Assembly: GCF_004010195.1 (NCBI RefSeq) | Contig: NC_057757.1 | Span: 6,328,728 to 6,383,653 of the forward strand | Length of the DNA: 54,926 bases | DNA from: Chiloscyllium plagiosum | Taxonomy: Eukaryota | Direction of reading: 5' to 3' | Shown: positions 10,011-22,814 of the stretch, piece by piece | How the letters are laid out: each line of letters begins with the position of its first letter | Numbering within the stretch: position 1 is the stretch's first letter | The notes under the pieces: model-generated | Told to the model about the DNA's origin: nothing | Databases searched by the model: none | The model's input: the letters and a program-made list of their open reading frames with translations, nothing else | Translations under genes and position numbers: made by a program

Positions 10011-11190
10011 GTCAAGTCAAGAGTAGATTTATTTGTCATTTGCACCATATACAACTGATACAGTAAACACGAGACAGCGTTCCTCCAGGACCAAGGTGCT
10101 ACATGGACAGCACAAACTACACGATCAGACACAGGGCAGCATAAAGTGCAAAGTGCAAAACACACAAGACAGCAGAGTAATTCCTGACAATAGGCACAGT
10201 GGTGAATAAATTACAGTGTAATAAATGAATGATAATTAATAAAACATTGTTCTAGTAGCAATCCGAAGTCATGCAAAGAATTTCAGATGGAATAGAGTTT
10301 GATCATACAGTTTTTTTTATATAGATATTTTTATTGGAAATTTAACATTTTTACAAGTTTACAAAAATAAAAAAAACTCTCAAGTACAAACATTGATATA
10401 CAATTAAATCTTAAATAAATAATAACCAAAATTTAACAAAAGAAAAATGCAGAGAAAAAATGTGCAGGTCAGGGTGAATTGGCCGTGCTTAAATTCCCCA
10501 TAGCGTTATGGTGCATTAGTCAGAGGGAAATGGGTCTGGGTGGGTTAGTCTTCGGAGGGTCGGTGTGGACTTGTTGGGCTGAAGGGCCTGTTTCCACACT
10601 GTAGGGAATCTAATCTAATCTAAAGTGAATAAGAAGTGCGAAACACACAAGTTACAGTGTAATACAAGAATAATAAATAATAGACATTTTTCCAGCAGCA
10701 ATTGAAGTCAAGCAAAGAATTTCAGATGGGAAAGAGTCCGATCATACAGTGTTAAGGAGCCTGATGACTTGGGGGAAGAAACTGTTGCACAGTCTGGACG
10801 TGAGAGACCGAATGCTCCGGTATCTTCTGCCAGATGGCAGGAGGGAGGAGAGTTTGAGTGAGGGGTGTGTGGGCTCTTCCACAGTGCTCTTAGCCTTTCG
10901 GATGCAGCGTGTGGTGTAAATGTCTGTAATGGAGGGGAGAGAGACCCCGATGATCCTCTCAGCCGTCCTCACTATCCATCGTAGGGTCTTACCATCCGAG
11001 AACCAGGTAATGATGCAGCAGCTCAGGATGGACCCTCTTGTAGAATGTGGTGAGGAGGGGTTTGGGGTAGGGGGGTGGGAGATGGGCTTTCCTCGCCCTA
11101 CACAGAAAGTAGAGACGGTGCTGAACTTTCTTGGCCATGGAGCTGGGGTTGAGGGTCCAGGTGAGATTCTCCCCCAGGTGGATGCCAATT
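10011..11190 (-). mobile_element. Rex1/Babar LINE 3' part with duplicated 3' UTR and nested SINE / L1-tail insertions
   Basis: LGIHLGENLTW...HRLYFL; RTAERIIGVSLPSITDIYTTRCIRKA...LLPSGRRYRSI...NSFFPQVIRLLN; the UTR segment at about 10210-10310 is repeated at about 10650-10750. Confidence 0.8.
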
Positions 11191-11988
11191 AGCCCCATTT
11201 CTCCAGCCCTTCCCCAGAAGCCTCCAATTCCCCAGCCACCTCTGGGAATGAAACCAAGTTATCCTCAGCAAGCTGTCAGGATTTGGAATGCGCTTACTCG
11301 GAGAGTGTTGGAGGTGGATTGCATAAGGCTTGAGAATTGGACTACCTGGGTAACACTTTTGGGAGCCAATACAGACACAATGGGTTGAATGGCCTCCTTC
11401 TATGAATCGAGAGAAACAATTGCAGATCGTGCTCTCAATATCAGCATCTAAATCATGAATCAAAACAGTAAAAAGCAAGCACACTGTGGCACACCGTTAG
11501 GAACTAAGTTACATTTGTAAGATATGACATCCTTTGCTTTCTTTCTTGGCATTTGAGTGTTCCTGCGCAAGACTATCCATCATTCGTTGAGTTCCCAAGG
11601 CCCGGCACGCGGACAGAAGGCAAGGCCTGACAGCACCTAGATCGGGGCTTTGGTGGTCTGGTGTGTGTGGCAGTGGCTGAAAGAATTTGGCAGTCTGGGA
11701 TCCCAAAAGCAATTCCAATGTGGCTATGGAGGTTCCCCAAACATCTGCAGTGATGACAAAAGCAGGGGAGATCAAGCCAGCACGGGGAAAGCATGCTAAA
11801 GCAGAGGAGATCGAGCCCTTGCAGGAAGTTCGGTCCCAGTATGGCTAAGCGCTTAAGGAAGACTCTAATACATTTTAAAATGTATTTCTTTACTTTTCAA
11901 CTTAATACTAAGAGTGATTGTAATGTCTAACTTGTACCTGGGTACTTAAACCTAAGATGGTACCTTGTGTGGCGACATTGAAATCTCT

Positions 11989-12506
11989 TCTGGTCGCTCT
12001 ACTATAGGAAAGATACAGGGGCTTTGTAGAGGGTGCAAAGAAGGTTTACCAGGATGCTGCCTGGACTTGGAGGGCTTGCCTTATGAAGAAAGATTGAATA
12101 AGCTTGGACTTTTCTCTCTGGAGAGAAGGAGGAAGAGAGGAGACCTGATAGAGGTGTGCAAAATAATGAGAGGAATAGATAGAGTCAATAGCCAGAGATT
12201 TTTCCCCAGGGCAGGATTGACTGGTACAAGAGGTCACAATTTTAAAATATTAGGAGAAAGGTATAGAGGGGATGTCAGAGGTAAGTTCTTTATGCAGGGA
12301 GTTGTGAATGCATGGAATGCGTTGCCAGTGGTGGTGGAAGCAGAGTCACTAGGGACATTTAAGTGACTGCTGGACATGCACATGGATAGCAGTGAGTTGA
12401 GGGGTGTGTAGGTTAAGTTATTTTAATTTACATTAGGATTAAACCTCAGCACAATATCGTGGGCCAAAGGGCCTGTTCTGTGTTGTACATTTCTATGTTC
12501 TATGTT
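11989..12506 (+). mobile_element. CR1 3' fragment (5'-truncated)
   Basis: LPYEERLNKLGLFSLERRRKRGDLIE; ttctatg tail; nearly identical to 18325-18850. Confidence 0.9.
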
Positions 12507-14139
12507 TTCACTGTATTCCTATGCTTTTGTACTTGAATACACATGACATGAAAGTCTAAATCGAAATCTAGATTTAAGTCATCCCTTGGCTTACTACGGC
12601 CATTTCAGAAGGCAATTAAGAATCTCCCACGATGCTGTGGCTCTGTACTCACATGTAGGCCACAATGGGTAAGGATGGCAGATTTCCTTCCCTGAAGGAT
12701 GTTAGTGGGTACTTAAGACAATCAGTACTAGTATTATGGTCACAGAGACTCAGTTTCAATTCTAGATCTCTCAATTTAATTTTAAATTCCACTAACTGCT
12801 GTGCTGTGATTTGAACTGGTGTCCACAGAACCTGTGTCTCTACGATTACATCTCTAAATATAGCTCTCTCTACAGCAAATTACAGGAGCACATTCATAAA
12901 CTCAGAAGGTAGTGAATTTGTGTAATTTAATACCGCAGAGGGTTGTCGAGGCTGGATCATTGAGTACATTCAAGGCTGAAACAGACAGACGTTTAATCAG
13001 TGAGAGACCCCAGGCTTAGGGGGGAAGAAGACAGCAAAGTGGAGTTGCGGATAATCAAATCAGACCCATGATTTCATTGAGTGGTGAAGGAGACTCAATG
13101 GGCTGAATGGCCTCCATCCTACTCCTCAGTCTTATGGTCTGATAAACTGGCAGATTATCCCAGAGTCATTGGGCTATACAGCCCGGAAACAGATCCATTC
13201 ATCAATTTAACTCCTACAACGAAAGGTTATTCCCCTAAAATGCATGAGTTGTGATACAGTGACTTTAAGAACTACAGACATTGTTGTCCATACCATGGTT
13301 TTGGTTTTATCAGGTGGCGTAGATGATTGTGAAGTGTACCTGTGAGGTTTCTTTTCATTGAAATTTACAGTTTACACCATGGCAAAGACCTCAGGTTTAT
13401 TCCTCATCCAAACTTTGAACACGAATTGGTCCTCCAACCCAAAATGGAATGGACAAGCTAATATTTTCACCCTTTATTCTTGGAGTTGATAGCCTAGTGG
13501 TACTATCGCTAATAACTGTTTAATCCAGAAATCCAGGCAATGTTCTAGGTTTGAATCCTCCTACGGCAGAGGGTGGAATTTGAATTCGATAAAAATCTGA
13601 AATTAAGAGTCTAATAATGACTGTGAATCCATTGCTGGTTTCTGGGAAAACCCATCTGGTTCATTTATTTTCTGCACCTGTGGCATCTTAAAGATCTATG
13701 TACCTAAACCCACAACTCTCTTTGCACTTCTACTGTACTTAAACAATCTATGAGCCACTCAGTTCAGGAGCACTTACAGATGTATGCAAACACTGGCCTT
13801 CCTCAGTGTCACGCATGTTGTGTTTTTTTGATTTATCCACAGGATGAGGGCATCACTGGCTAGGCCAGCCATATTGCCCATCCCTAATTGTCCAGCAGAC
13901 AATGACGAGTCAACCACATCGCGGTGGGTTTGGAGTCATGTGTAGGCCAGACCAGGTAAAGATGGCAGTTTAAAAACCGAAAGAACTGCGGGTGCTGTAA
14001 ATCAGAAACAAAAACAAAAATTGCTGGAAAAGTTCAGCAGCTCTGGCAGCGTCTGTGGAGAGATATCGGAGTTAACGTTTCAGGTCGAGTGACCCTTCCT
14101 CACAACTGCTCCTCTACCACATATGAAAGTTATAAAGTC

Positions 14140-14460
14140 ATAGAGTCATAGAGATGTACAGCACGGAAACAGACCCTTTGGCCCAACCCACCAAGCCAAC
14201 CAGATATCCCAACCCAATCTAGTCCCACCTGCCAGCACCCGGCCCATATCCCTCCAAACCCTTCCTATTCATATACCTATCCAAATGCCTCTTAAATGTT
14301 GCAATTGTACCAGCCTCCAGCACATCCTCTGGCAGCTCATTCCATACACGCACCACCCGCTGTGTGAAAAAGTTGCCCCTTAGGTCTCTTTTATATCTTT
14401 CCCCTCTCACATTAAAACATATGCCCTCCAGTTCTGAACACCCCCACCCCAGGGATAGCA
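14140..14460 (-). mobile_element. CR1 3' fragment
   Basis: GERYKRDLRGNFFTQRVVRVWNELP; (catagagt)n tail on plus strand. Confidence 0.85.
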
Positions 14461-14663
14461 CCATTTCCCCATCAGATAGCCACTGTTTTATCACTGCTGT
14501 GTAAAACATTAAGCAACAGGCAGGCTGTTCAATTCCAATAATACAGTACTGGCTTGCCATGGAAGGATACATTTGACAGACAGACAACTCTGCTGACAGC
14601 ATCTGAAAACAAAATCACGATTTGTTACATACAATACATCCAGCCCTGTACTAAATGAGGCGT

Positions 14664-14820
14664 CAGCTGTATCTCAGTGGGTAACATTGTGCCTCTGAGT
14701 TAGAAGGCTGTAACTTTGAGTCCCACTCCAGGCACTGAGTATAACAAGATGGGCTGACACTCCATTGTGCTGTTGAGGGAGTGCTGTACTGTAAGAGATG
14801 CCATCTTTTGGATGAGACAG
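14664..14820 (+). mobile_element. Deu-domain SINE (SacSINE1/AmnSINE1-like) fragment
   Basis: tRNA-like head followed by gctgacactcc...gagggagtgctgtactgt...tgccatcttttggatgagac. Confidence 0.55.
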
Positions 14821-15759
14821 GAGGGACATTTGGTGCATTTGAAAAGAGCTATCCAATTTGGCTCTTAAATTTAATTTTTTTAAAAAAAATCTTGACTGGC
14901 AGGTTAATCCAATATTGCTGCCATGAAACCATCATTGATAGTCATAAAAAGAACCATCTGGTTCGGTAATGAGCCCCTCAGGAATTGGAAAATGAGTGAG
15001 TACTGTTGATCAAATGAAGATATTCGCAAAGTGAAACTGTCACTGGAGTAACAATGCTTTGGGGGCACATAGATTCAAATAACAGATGATGGAATTTAAA
15101 TCGAACAATTTGATGGGCCGATCTCAGGTTAATCTCAGGATGGTGACCACAAAAATTATTATTAATTGTTGTAAAAACCCATCTGGCTCATTTATGCTCT
15201 TTCAGGAAGGAATTCAGTTATCCTTACCTGGTCTGGCCTACATGTGGCCCACAGTGGTGGGGGGAGGGTCTGTGGGGTCTGGAGTCACATATCTCTTAAC
15301 TGCTGTCTGAAATGACATTACAAACGTTCCGTTCAAGAGTAATTAGGGAGAGGAAACCATTTGCCAGTGACGCACACATCAAGTGAAATAATAACATAAA
15401 TTAGTCCTACTCCCTACTCACGCCCCACCATAATCCAGTGAATATTTCTTCCTCAAGAATTCATCAAAATTCCCCAAGCGATGTTACTGGATGTGGCTCT
15501 ACCATCCTTTCATCTAGCGCAGTCCCAATCTCAACAACTCACTGGCTTCTCCTCATCTCCTCCCCTTCTAGTCCTTCTGCCAATCACCTTCCTTCTCTTC
15601 TTTAAAAAGAGAATGACAAAGGTGATTGGTACGTCTCTTTGGTTACCAACACCTACTGCCATTGGAGACAGTTTACCCTTGCTTACCTTACCTTACTCTT
15701 CATTGTGTTGAATTCCTGAATTAAGTATCCTCTTAACCTTTCCTTGCATTGAGAAGAAC

Positions 15760-16130
15760 AACCCTATCTTCTCTAGTAATAAAGGCAAGTGTGCTAAATG
15801 TATTTTTAACTACTCTGTCTACCTGTGAAGCAATTTTAAAAGAACTATGTACCCAAACCTCTAGGTCTCTCTGTTCAACAACACTACCCAGGGTCCTACC
15901 ATTAACTGGACAAGTCCTGCCCTTGTTTATTTTACCAAAAAACAATACCTTGCATTTATCCGAAAACTCCATCTGCCACTCCTCAGGCCATTGGCCCAAT
16001 TGATCAAGATCTCTTTGTAATCTTAGATAACCTTCTTCACTGTCAACTGTACCACCAAGTTTGGTGTCATGCACAAACTTTACTAACCATTCCCCTGAAA
16101 TTCTCATCCAAGTCGTTTATATAAATGAGA
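15760..16130 (-). mobile_element. CR1 RT fragment
   Basis: KFVHDTKLGG (degenerate FADDTK) ...LQRDLDQLGQW. Confidence 0.8.
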
Positions 16131-16243
16131 AACTACAGCGGACTAATTCAGTTCAGGAAGCCTGGTCAGTATGGATGAGTTGGGCCGAAGGGTCTGTTTC
16201 TATGCTGTATGACTCCATGACTCCTGATGACCAATCGTCGTTG

Positions 16244-18850
16244 ATTGGGGCTACGATGTTGTGGCCATAACGGAGAGATGGGTTTCACAGGGGCAGGAAT
16301 GGTTGCTAGATCTTCCAGGGTTCAGAACATTTAAAAAGAACAGGGAGGGTGGAAAAAGAGGAGGGGGTGTAACATTGCTAATCAGAGAGTGCATCACAGC
16401 TACAGAAACAAAGGTTGTTGAGGAAGGTTTGTCTACTGAGTCACTATGGGTGGATGTTAGGAACAGGAAGGGAGCAGCCACCATATTGGGGGGTTTTCTA
16501 CAGACCACCTAATAGCAGTAGGGAGATTGAAGATCTCATAGGTGGGCAGATTCTGGAAAAATGCAAAAGTAGCAGGGTTGTTGTTATGGGTGATTTCAAC
16601 TTTCCCAATATCTACTGGAACCTCCTAAGTGCAGATGGTTTGGATGGAGCCGTTTTGTCAGGTGTGTTCAGGAGGGTTTCCTTGCTCAGTATGTAAACAG
16701 GCCGACGAGGGGAGAGGCCAGTTTGGACTTGGTGCTCGGCAACGAGCCAGGACAGGTGTCAGCACTTTGGTGAAAGTGATCACAACTGCCTCACATTAGC
16801 ATAACCTTGGAGAGTGAAAGGAGCAGTTACCGAGGGAAGATATTTAATTGGGGAATAGGAAATTATGACGCTATCAGACAGGAGTTGGGAAATACAGACT
16901 GGGAGCAATCCTTCCATAGAAAGGGCACAGCAGACATGTGGAGACTATTTAAGGAGCAGTTGTTGCGAATGATGCACAAATTTGATCCTCTGAGACAGTT
17001 AAGAAGGGGTAAGATTAAGGAACTTTGGATGACAAGAACAGAGGAACTTCTCGTCAAAAGGAAGAAGGCAGCATATGTAAGGTGGAGGAAGCAAGGATCT
17101 AGCACAGCTTTAGAGGATTATAGGCTTGCTAGAAAGGAGCTCAGAAATGGACTGTGGAGAGCCAGGAGGGGACACGAAAAAGGCTTGGCAAGAAGAATTA
17201 GGGAGAACCCAAAGCACTTTACTCATACGTGAGGAATAAGAGAATGATCAGGAAGAAGGTAGGGCCAATCAGGGATAGCTGAGGGAACTTGTGCGTGGAG
17301 TCTGAGCAGATAGGGGAAGCCCTAAATGAGTTTTTTTCCTTCGGTTTTCACCAAGGAAAGGGAATTTGTTATAAATGAAAACTTAGAGGAGCTAGGATAC
17401 AGTCTTGACCAGATCAAGAATGATGAAATTGATGTGCTCGAAATTTTAGAAAACATTAAGATTGATAAGTCCCCAGGGCCAGACCAGATTTATCCCAGGC
17501 TGCTCCAGGAAACAAGAAAGGAGGTTGCTAAGCCTCTGGTGAAGATATTTGCCTCCTCACTCTCCACAGAGAGTCCTCGTACTGGAGGATTGGAAGGAGG
17601 CAAATGTTGTTCCTCTTTTCAAGAAGGGTAATAGGGAAATCCCTGGCAATTACAGACAGTCAGTCTTACGTCTGTGGTCAGCAGAGTTTGGAAAGAATTC
17701 TGAGGGATAGGATTTATGACTATTTGGCAAAGCATAGTGTGATTAAAGGCAGTCAGCATGTCTTTGTGAAGGGCAGGTCATGCCTCACTAATCTTATTGA
17801 GTTCTTCGAGGAGGTGTCAAGACAGGTCAACAATGGTCGAGCAGTGGATGTGGTGTATATGGACTTCAGCGTGGCATTTGATAGGGTTCCCCATGGTAGG
17901 CTCATTCATAAAGTCAGGAAGTATGGGATACAGGGAGATTTGGCTATCTGGATTCAGAATTGGCTGGCTGACAGAAGGCAGAGAGTGGTTGTAGATGGAA
18001 GCCTGGAGGACAGTTTAGCCGGGCTGAGAAATAGCAGATGGAGTTCAACCTGGATAAGTGTGAAGTAATGCATTTTGGAAGGTCGATCTCTAATGCTGAA
18101 TATAGGATTAAAGACAGGGTTCTTGGCAATGTGGAGGAACAGAAAGACCTGGGTGTGCAAGTACATAGATCCCTCAAAGTTGCCACCCAAATGGATAGGG
18201 TTGTTAAGAAAGCATATAGTGTTTTGTCTTTCATTAGCAGGGGGATCGAGTTTAAGAGTCATGACGTTTTGCTGCACCTCTACAAAACTCTGGTGAGACC
18301 ACACTTGGAATATTGTGTCCAGTTCTGGTCGCCCTACTATAGGAATGATACAGAGGCTTTGGAGAGGGTGCAAAGAAGGATTTACAAGGATGCTGCCTGG
18401 ACTGGAGGGCTTGCCTTATGAAGAAAGGTTGAATAAACTCGGACTTTTCTCTCTGGAGAGGAGGAGGAAGAGAGGAGACCTGATCGAGGTATACAAAATT
18501 ATGAGAGGAATAGATAGAGTCAATAGCCAGAGACTTTTCCCCAGGGCAGGATTAACTAGTATGAGAAGCCATTGTTTTAAGATATTAGGAGGAAGGTATA
18601 AAGGAGACGTCAGAGGTAGATTCTTTACGCAGAGAGTTGTGAATGCATGGAATGTGTTGCCAGTGGTGGTGGTGGAAGCAGAGTCCTTGGGGACATTAAA
18701 GCGACTGCTGGACATGCATATGGATAGCAGTGAGTTGAAGGGTGCGTAGGTTAAGTTACTATATTTTACACTAGGATTAAATCTCGGCACAACATCGTGG
18801 GCCAAAGGGCCTGTTCTGTGCTGTACTTTTCTATGTTCTATATTCTATCT
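16244..18850 (+). mobile_element. CR1 LINE ORF2, nearly full-length and frameshifted, with 3' tail
   Basis: APE endonuclease (AITERW, GGGV, VMGDFNFP), RT (KSPGPD, SCLTNLIEFF, YMDFS), C-terminus LERRRKRGDLIE, ttctatg tail; internal deletion removes the catalytic RT core near 18000. Confidence 0.9.
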
Positions 18851-19805
18851 ACAGGATGGCAAGGGTAGGTGGAAGCTGAATGCGAAATATTTGACCCCGG
18901 AACGCATTGAGGAGCTCAAAAGGGATTATAAATGTTGAAGTATGTGAAACCCCTATCTGAGTCTTCAGTGGACATGTGGGAAACCGTCCGGGGGAACACA
19001 ATCAAGGGGAATATCAAGAGGCTCTTCATCCTCAAAGGTATGCAGAAGTTATGTGTGTGAGAGAGAGAGAGAGATGGGCAAAATTGTCAAAACTCCAGAA
19101 AAGCAAGCAGCATTTACTCCTGCTGCAGACAATGGGCTTCGATGTCATGGAGAATCTCCACGAGTTGAAGAGCCAGCAAGCCTCACTCTTTGCCATGGAG
19201 GTCTTTGAGGTACAGAGTCCATACCATGGACAGAATGTGCACAGGGAGAGTTCTGTGATCAGCAGCCTGAAGGAAACAGATGGTTCGGTAATGTCATCTC
19301 AACCTGACATCCTGTGGGTCAGCAAATCCTTTTATGCCAGACTGTATGATAGAAAGCCCACAGGCCACCCAGTCGTTCCTGTCCTCTATCATGGAGGTTT
19401 TAGACGTCAGCACACGGGAGAGGCTGGACCAGCTGTTATCCTTCCCTGTGCTGACCAAAACCCTCAAGTTCTTTGGGAGGAGTAAAACTCCCAGAAGTGA
19501 TAGCTTACTGGCTGAGTTGTATTCAGCTCTGTGGCTATGACCTACTGAAGGTGCTGGGCAGCATGCTTCTGGCCAGTTACATGCACGAATCCATAAGGAA
19601 AGGCATCATGACCCTCACCTACAAGGGAAAGGGGGAGAAGGAAGAAATGACAAATTGGTGACCAGTCTCACTGCTGAATGCAAAATGCTGTCTCAGGACA
19701 TCGCCAACTGGGTCTAGGATCAATGATTCACCCCCACCAACCCTGTGCTGTACCGGGCTGGACAATCTCTGAGAGCTTTGCATTTCTCAGGGGTATGATC
19801 ACCAA

Positions 19806-20372
19806 CAGACATAGCAGACGATGATGAGCTGTACCCGAAGATTAGTGGGGTGGAAGGTGAGGACCAGGAAAGTTCTATCCTTGTTGTGGTTGGAGGGCTA
19901 GAGTTCAAGGGCAGAGGTGCGGGAAGTGGAGGAGATGCTTTGGAGGGCATTGTTGATTATGTGGGAGGAGAAATTGTGGTCCTTGAATTCGGAGCCCATC
20001 TGGGATGTCCTGGAGTGGAATTGTTCCTCCTGGGACCAGATACGGCGGAAGAATTGGGAGTAAGGGATTTTTATTTCAGGAGGGAGAGTTGGAGGAGGTG
20101 TAGTCCAGGTAGCTGTGGGAGTTGGTGAGTTTGAAGTAGATGTCCATGTTGAGTCAGTTGCTAGAGGTGGAGGTGGAGAGGTCCAGGAAGGAGATGGGGT
20201 GTCTGAGATGGTCCAGGTGAACTTGAGATCAGGGTGGAAGGTGTTTGTGAAGTTGATGAACTGTTCAACCTCCTCGTGGGAGCATGAGGTGATGCTGATA
20301 CAGTTATCGATGTAGCGGAGGAAAAGGTGGGAGATGGTGCCAGTGTCGCTCCGGAAGATGGACTGTTCCATC
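19806..20372 (-). mobile_element. Penelope-like RT fragment nested in the Tx1-like LINE
   Basis: FLRYIDNCI...FHPDLKFTW...IPYSQF; same family as 5663-5905. Confidence 0.85.
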
Positions 20373-21129
20373 AGTGGAGTCTCAATCAACAGTTGGGAAT
20401 CAGAAAGCTTCCCGATGAGATTTGGAGTCAGGCAAGGCTGCCCTCTCTCTGTGGTCAGGTGTGTTGTATATGGTCTTTTGCTGACTCCATCAGGAAGGAT
20501 GTGAACCTGAGAGGGGTTACTATTCCAGGCAGTGGAGGCCTGCAGGTCAAAGCCACCCTGTACATGGACAACGTCACTGTTTTCTGCTCAGATCCACTGT
20601 CAGTGCACAGACTCATGAGCATCTGCAACTAGTTCAAACTGGAGCCAAGGTAAATCGAGGCACTGTTGGTGTTGCTGCATGTGGCACAGATCTGGTCTAT
20701 TCCCCGATCCTGCACTACTGCAGTCACCCAAGCCATCTTCCATTTCATTTGGATTTCAAAGATGGACTATATCCACAGGGGCACATAATACAAATCACCA
20801 GATAAGGAGGGAAGGACATATCCAAGCCACCTTAATTCTGATGGCCACCTTTGTGTGCAACTGCATCAAGTTGTGGGTAGACTATCGGTACACAAACACC
20901 AAGCACCACTACATACTGAGGATTTACCTGACCCCGGTGTTGTGTAGGATGGGTCAGGCCTCAGTGCTGCGGAATGCTCCGAGTTGTTGGACCATTCTGC
21001 ATCATCTGTCCTTCAGTGGAAAAGCTTGCAAAGTAAAACACCTTTGACCACAAGTTCACGAGGAAGTGGTCAACATGTAGCATTCTCGAGACCCTGCGGG
21101 AAAAGGAGGGTTGACCCTGTCAGTATGTT

Positions 21130-21342
21130 AGGAGAAAGTGAGGTCTGCAGATGCTTGAGATCAGAGTTGAGAGTGTGTTGCTGGAAAAGCACAGCCGGTC
21201 AGGCAGCATCCAAGGAGCAGGAGAATCGACGTTTCGGGCCAAAGCCCTTCATCAGGAATGAAGGGTTCTGACCCAAAACGTCGATTCTCCTGCTCCTCGG
21301 ATGCTGCCTGACCTGCTGTGCTTTTCCAGAAACACACACTCC
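21130..21342. mobile_element. Fold-back non-autonomous Penelope-terminus element with 16-bp target-site duplication
   Basis: Inverted arms about 21165-21252 / 21259-21342; flanks accctgtcagtatgtt (21114-21129) and accctgtcgggatgtt (21343-21358). Confidence 0.8.
21224..21260 (-). ncRNA. Minimal type I hammerhead ribozyme motif (core intact)
   Basis: Minus strand CUGAUGA-A-GGGC-UUUG-GCCC-GAAA-C-GUC; palindromic ACGU helix III. Confidence 0.65.
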
Positions 21343-22062
21343 ACCCTGTCGGGATGTTCCTGAGCAGACTGTCAAAGCCATTCGGCAGAATGCTTCATTA
21401 TTATAACTTTCTAACAAGCACCAAGACCCAGCTTGGCTGGTGGTGAGAAGGGCATGCCTTGTCAGGTCTTTCATGCACACATGGTCTTGGTGTGCCACCA
21501 CACACTGCCTTCAAAGCAGCTACACTGGTGAAGAGGCTTTCACTCATAGCCTTCTTGCGTGTGCCTTTGCAAAGATGGAGAGAGATACAGTGATTTTTGT
21601 CGAAGTTCATCCCGAGCAACTCTGTTACGCAGGACTCTGTGCTCTACAGTGTGACACACTCTGAGGTAAACATTGACTGCATCCCAAAAGCCATCAGCTT
21701 GGTGAAAGATGCTCTTTGGTCTGCCCGAAACGTGTTGGTCTTCCAGAATAAGGAGCTGACCTTGACCGAGTTGCAGGCTGACACATCCAGGACTATGTGC
21801 TGAGGGACGTGCTGAAGCTTAGTGCCAAGACACAGTGAGGAAAGACCACTGTCTGAGATCTTTCTGCTGAAGTTTAATGAGGGTCCGTTCAATTGTCAGA
21901 CCCTTTTGGTGCCTCCAAAAAAACATTAATGGTTTCCTACATAAGTAAAAATTGCCAAATTCTTTTGCATCTGCAAAGGAGCTGAAAAATGTCAAAATTC
22001 CAACGTTGTGTTTGTTTTTATTTTTTCTATAAAGACTACATGGAAATAATTTAAAACCTTTG

Positions 22063-22500
22063 TCATAGAGATGTACAGCATGGAAGCAGACCCTTTGGTC
22101 CAACTCCTCCATGCTGACCAGATATCCCAACCCAATCTAGTCCCACCTGCCAGCATCCAGCCCATATCCCTCCAAACCCTTCCTATTCATACACCCATCC
22201 AAATGCCTCTTAAATGTTGCAATTGTACCAGCCTCTACCACTTCCTCTGGCAGCTCCATATACGTACCACCTTCTGTGTGAAAAAGTTGCCCCTTAGGTC
22301 TCTTTTATATCTTTCCCCTCTTACCCTAAACCTATGCCCTCTAGTTCTGGACTCCCCCACCCCAGGGAAAAGACTTTGTCTATTTACCCTATCCATGCTC
22401 CTCACAATTTTGTAAACCTCTATAAGGTCACCCCTCAACCTCCGACGCTCCAGGGAAAACAGCCCCAGCCTGTTTCTGATAGGAAGGAGACCAGGATTGC
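22063..22500 (-). mobile_element. CR1 3' fragment
   Basis: RLGLFSLERRRLRGDLIEVYK...ESRTRGH. Confidence 0.85.
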
Positions 22501-22814
22501 ACGCAATATTCCAACAGTGGTCTTTGTATGTAGAGATGATTTTTATGAATGAAGTATATTTTTTAAAGAATGAAATAGATATTTTTAAAAATCCCATGGG
22601 TTTCCATCAATCACCTGAAGGGATAGGTGAGGTATTAAAATTTCAGGAGATTACCATGTTCTGGATTATTTTCCCTTGCTTGGGGTGTAGGTATCACTGA
22701 GTGAGGCCAGCATTTTTGCCTGTCCTTAAATTGCCTCTTGAACTGAGGGCTTTCTCAGGCCATTTCAGAGGGCAGTTAAGAGTCAATCACGTCACTAATT
22801 CAAAACTAATTAAT

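Larger units (their letters stand above)
18853..22050 (+). mobile_element. Tx1/L1-clade LINE ORF2 remnant with nested insertions
   Basis: WKLN motif at the start, SIRKGIMTLTYKGKGE, TLYMDNV, C-terminal KDALWSARNVLVFQ; interrupted at 19806-20372 and 21130-21342. Confidence 0.75.
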
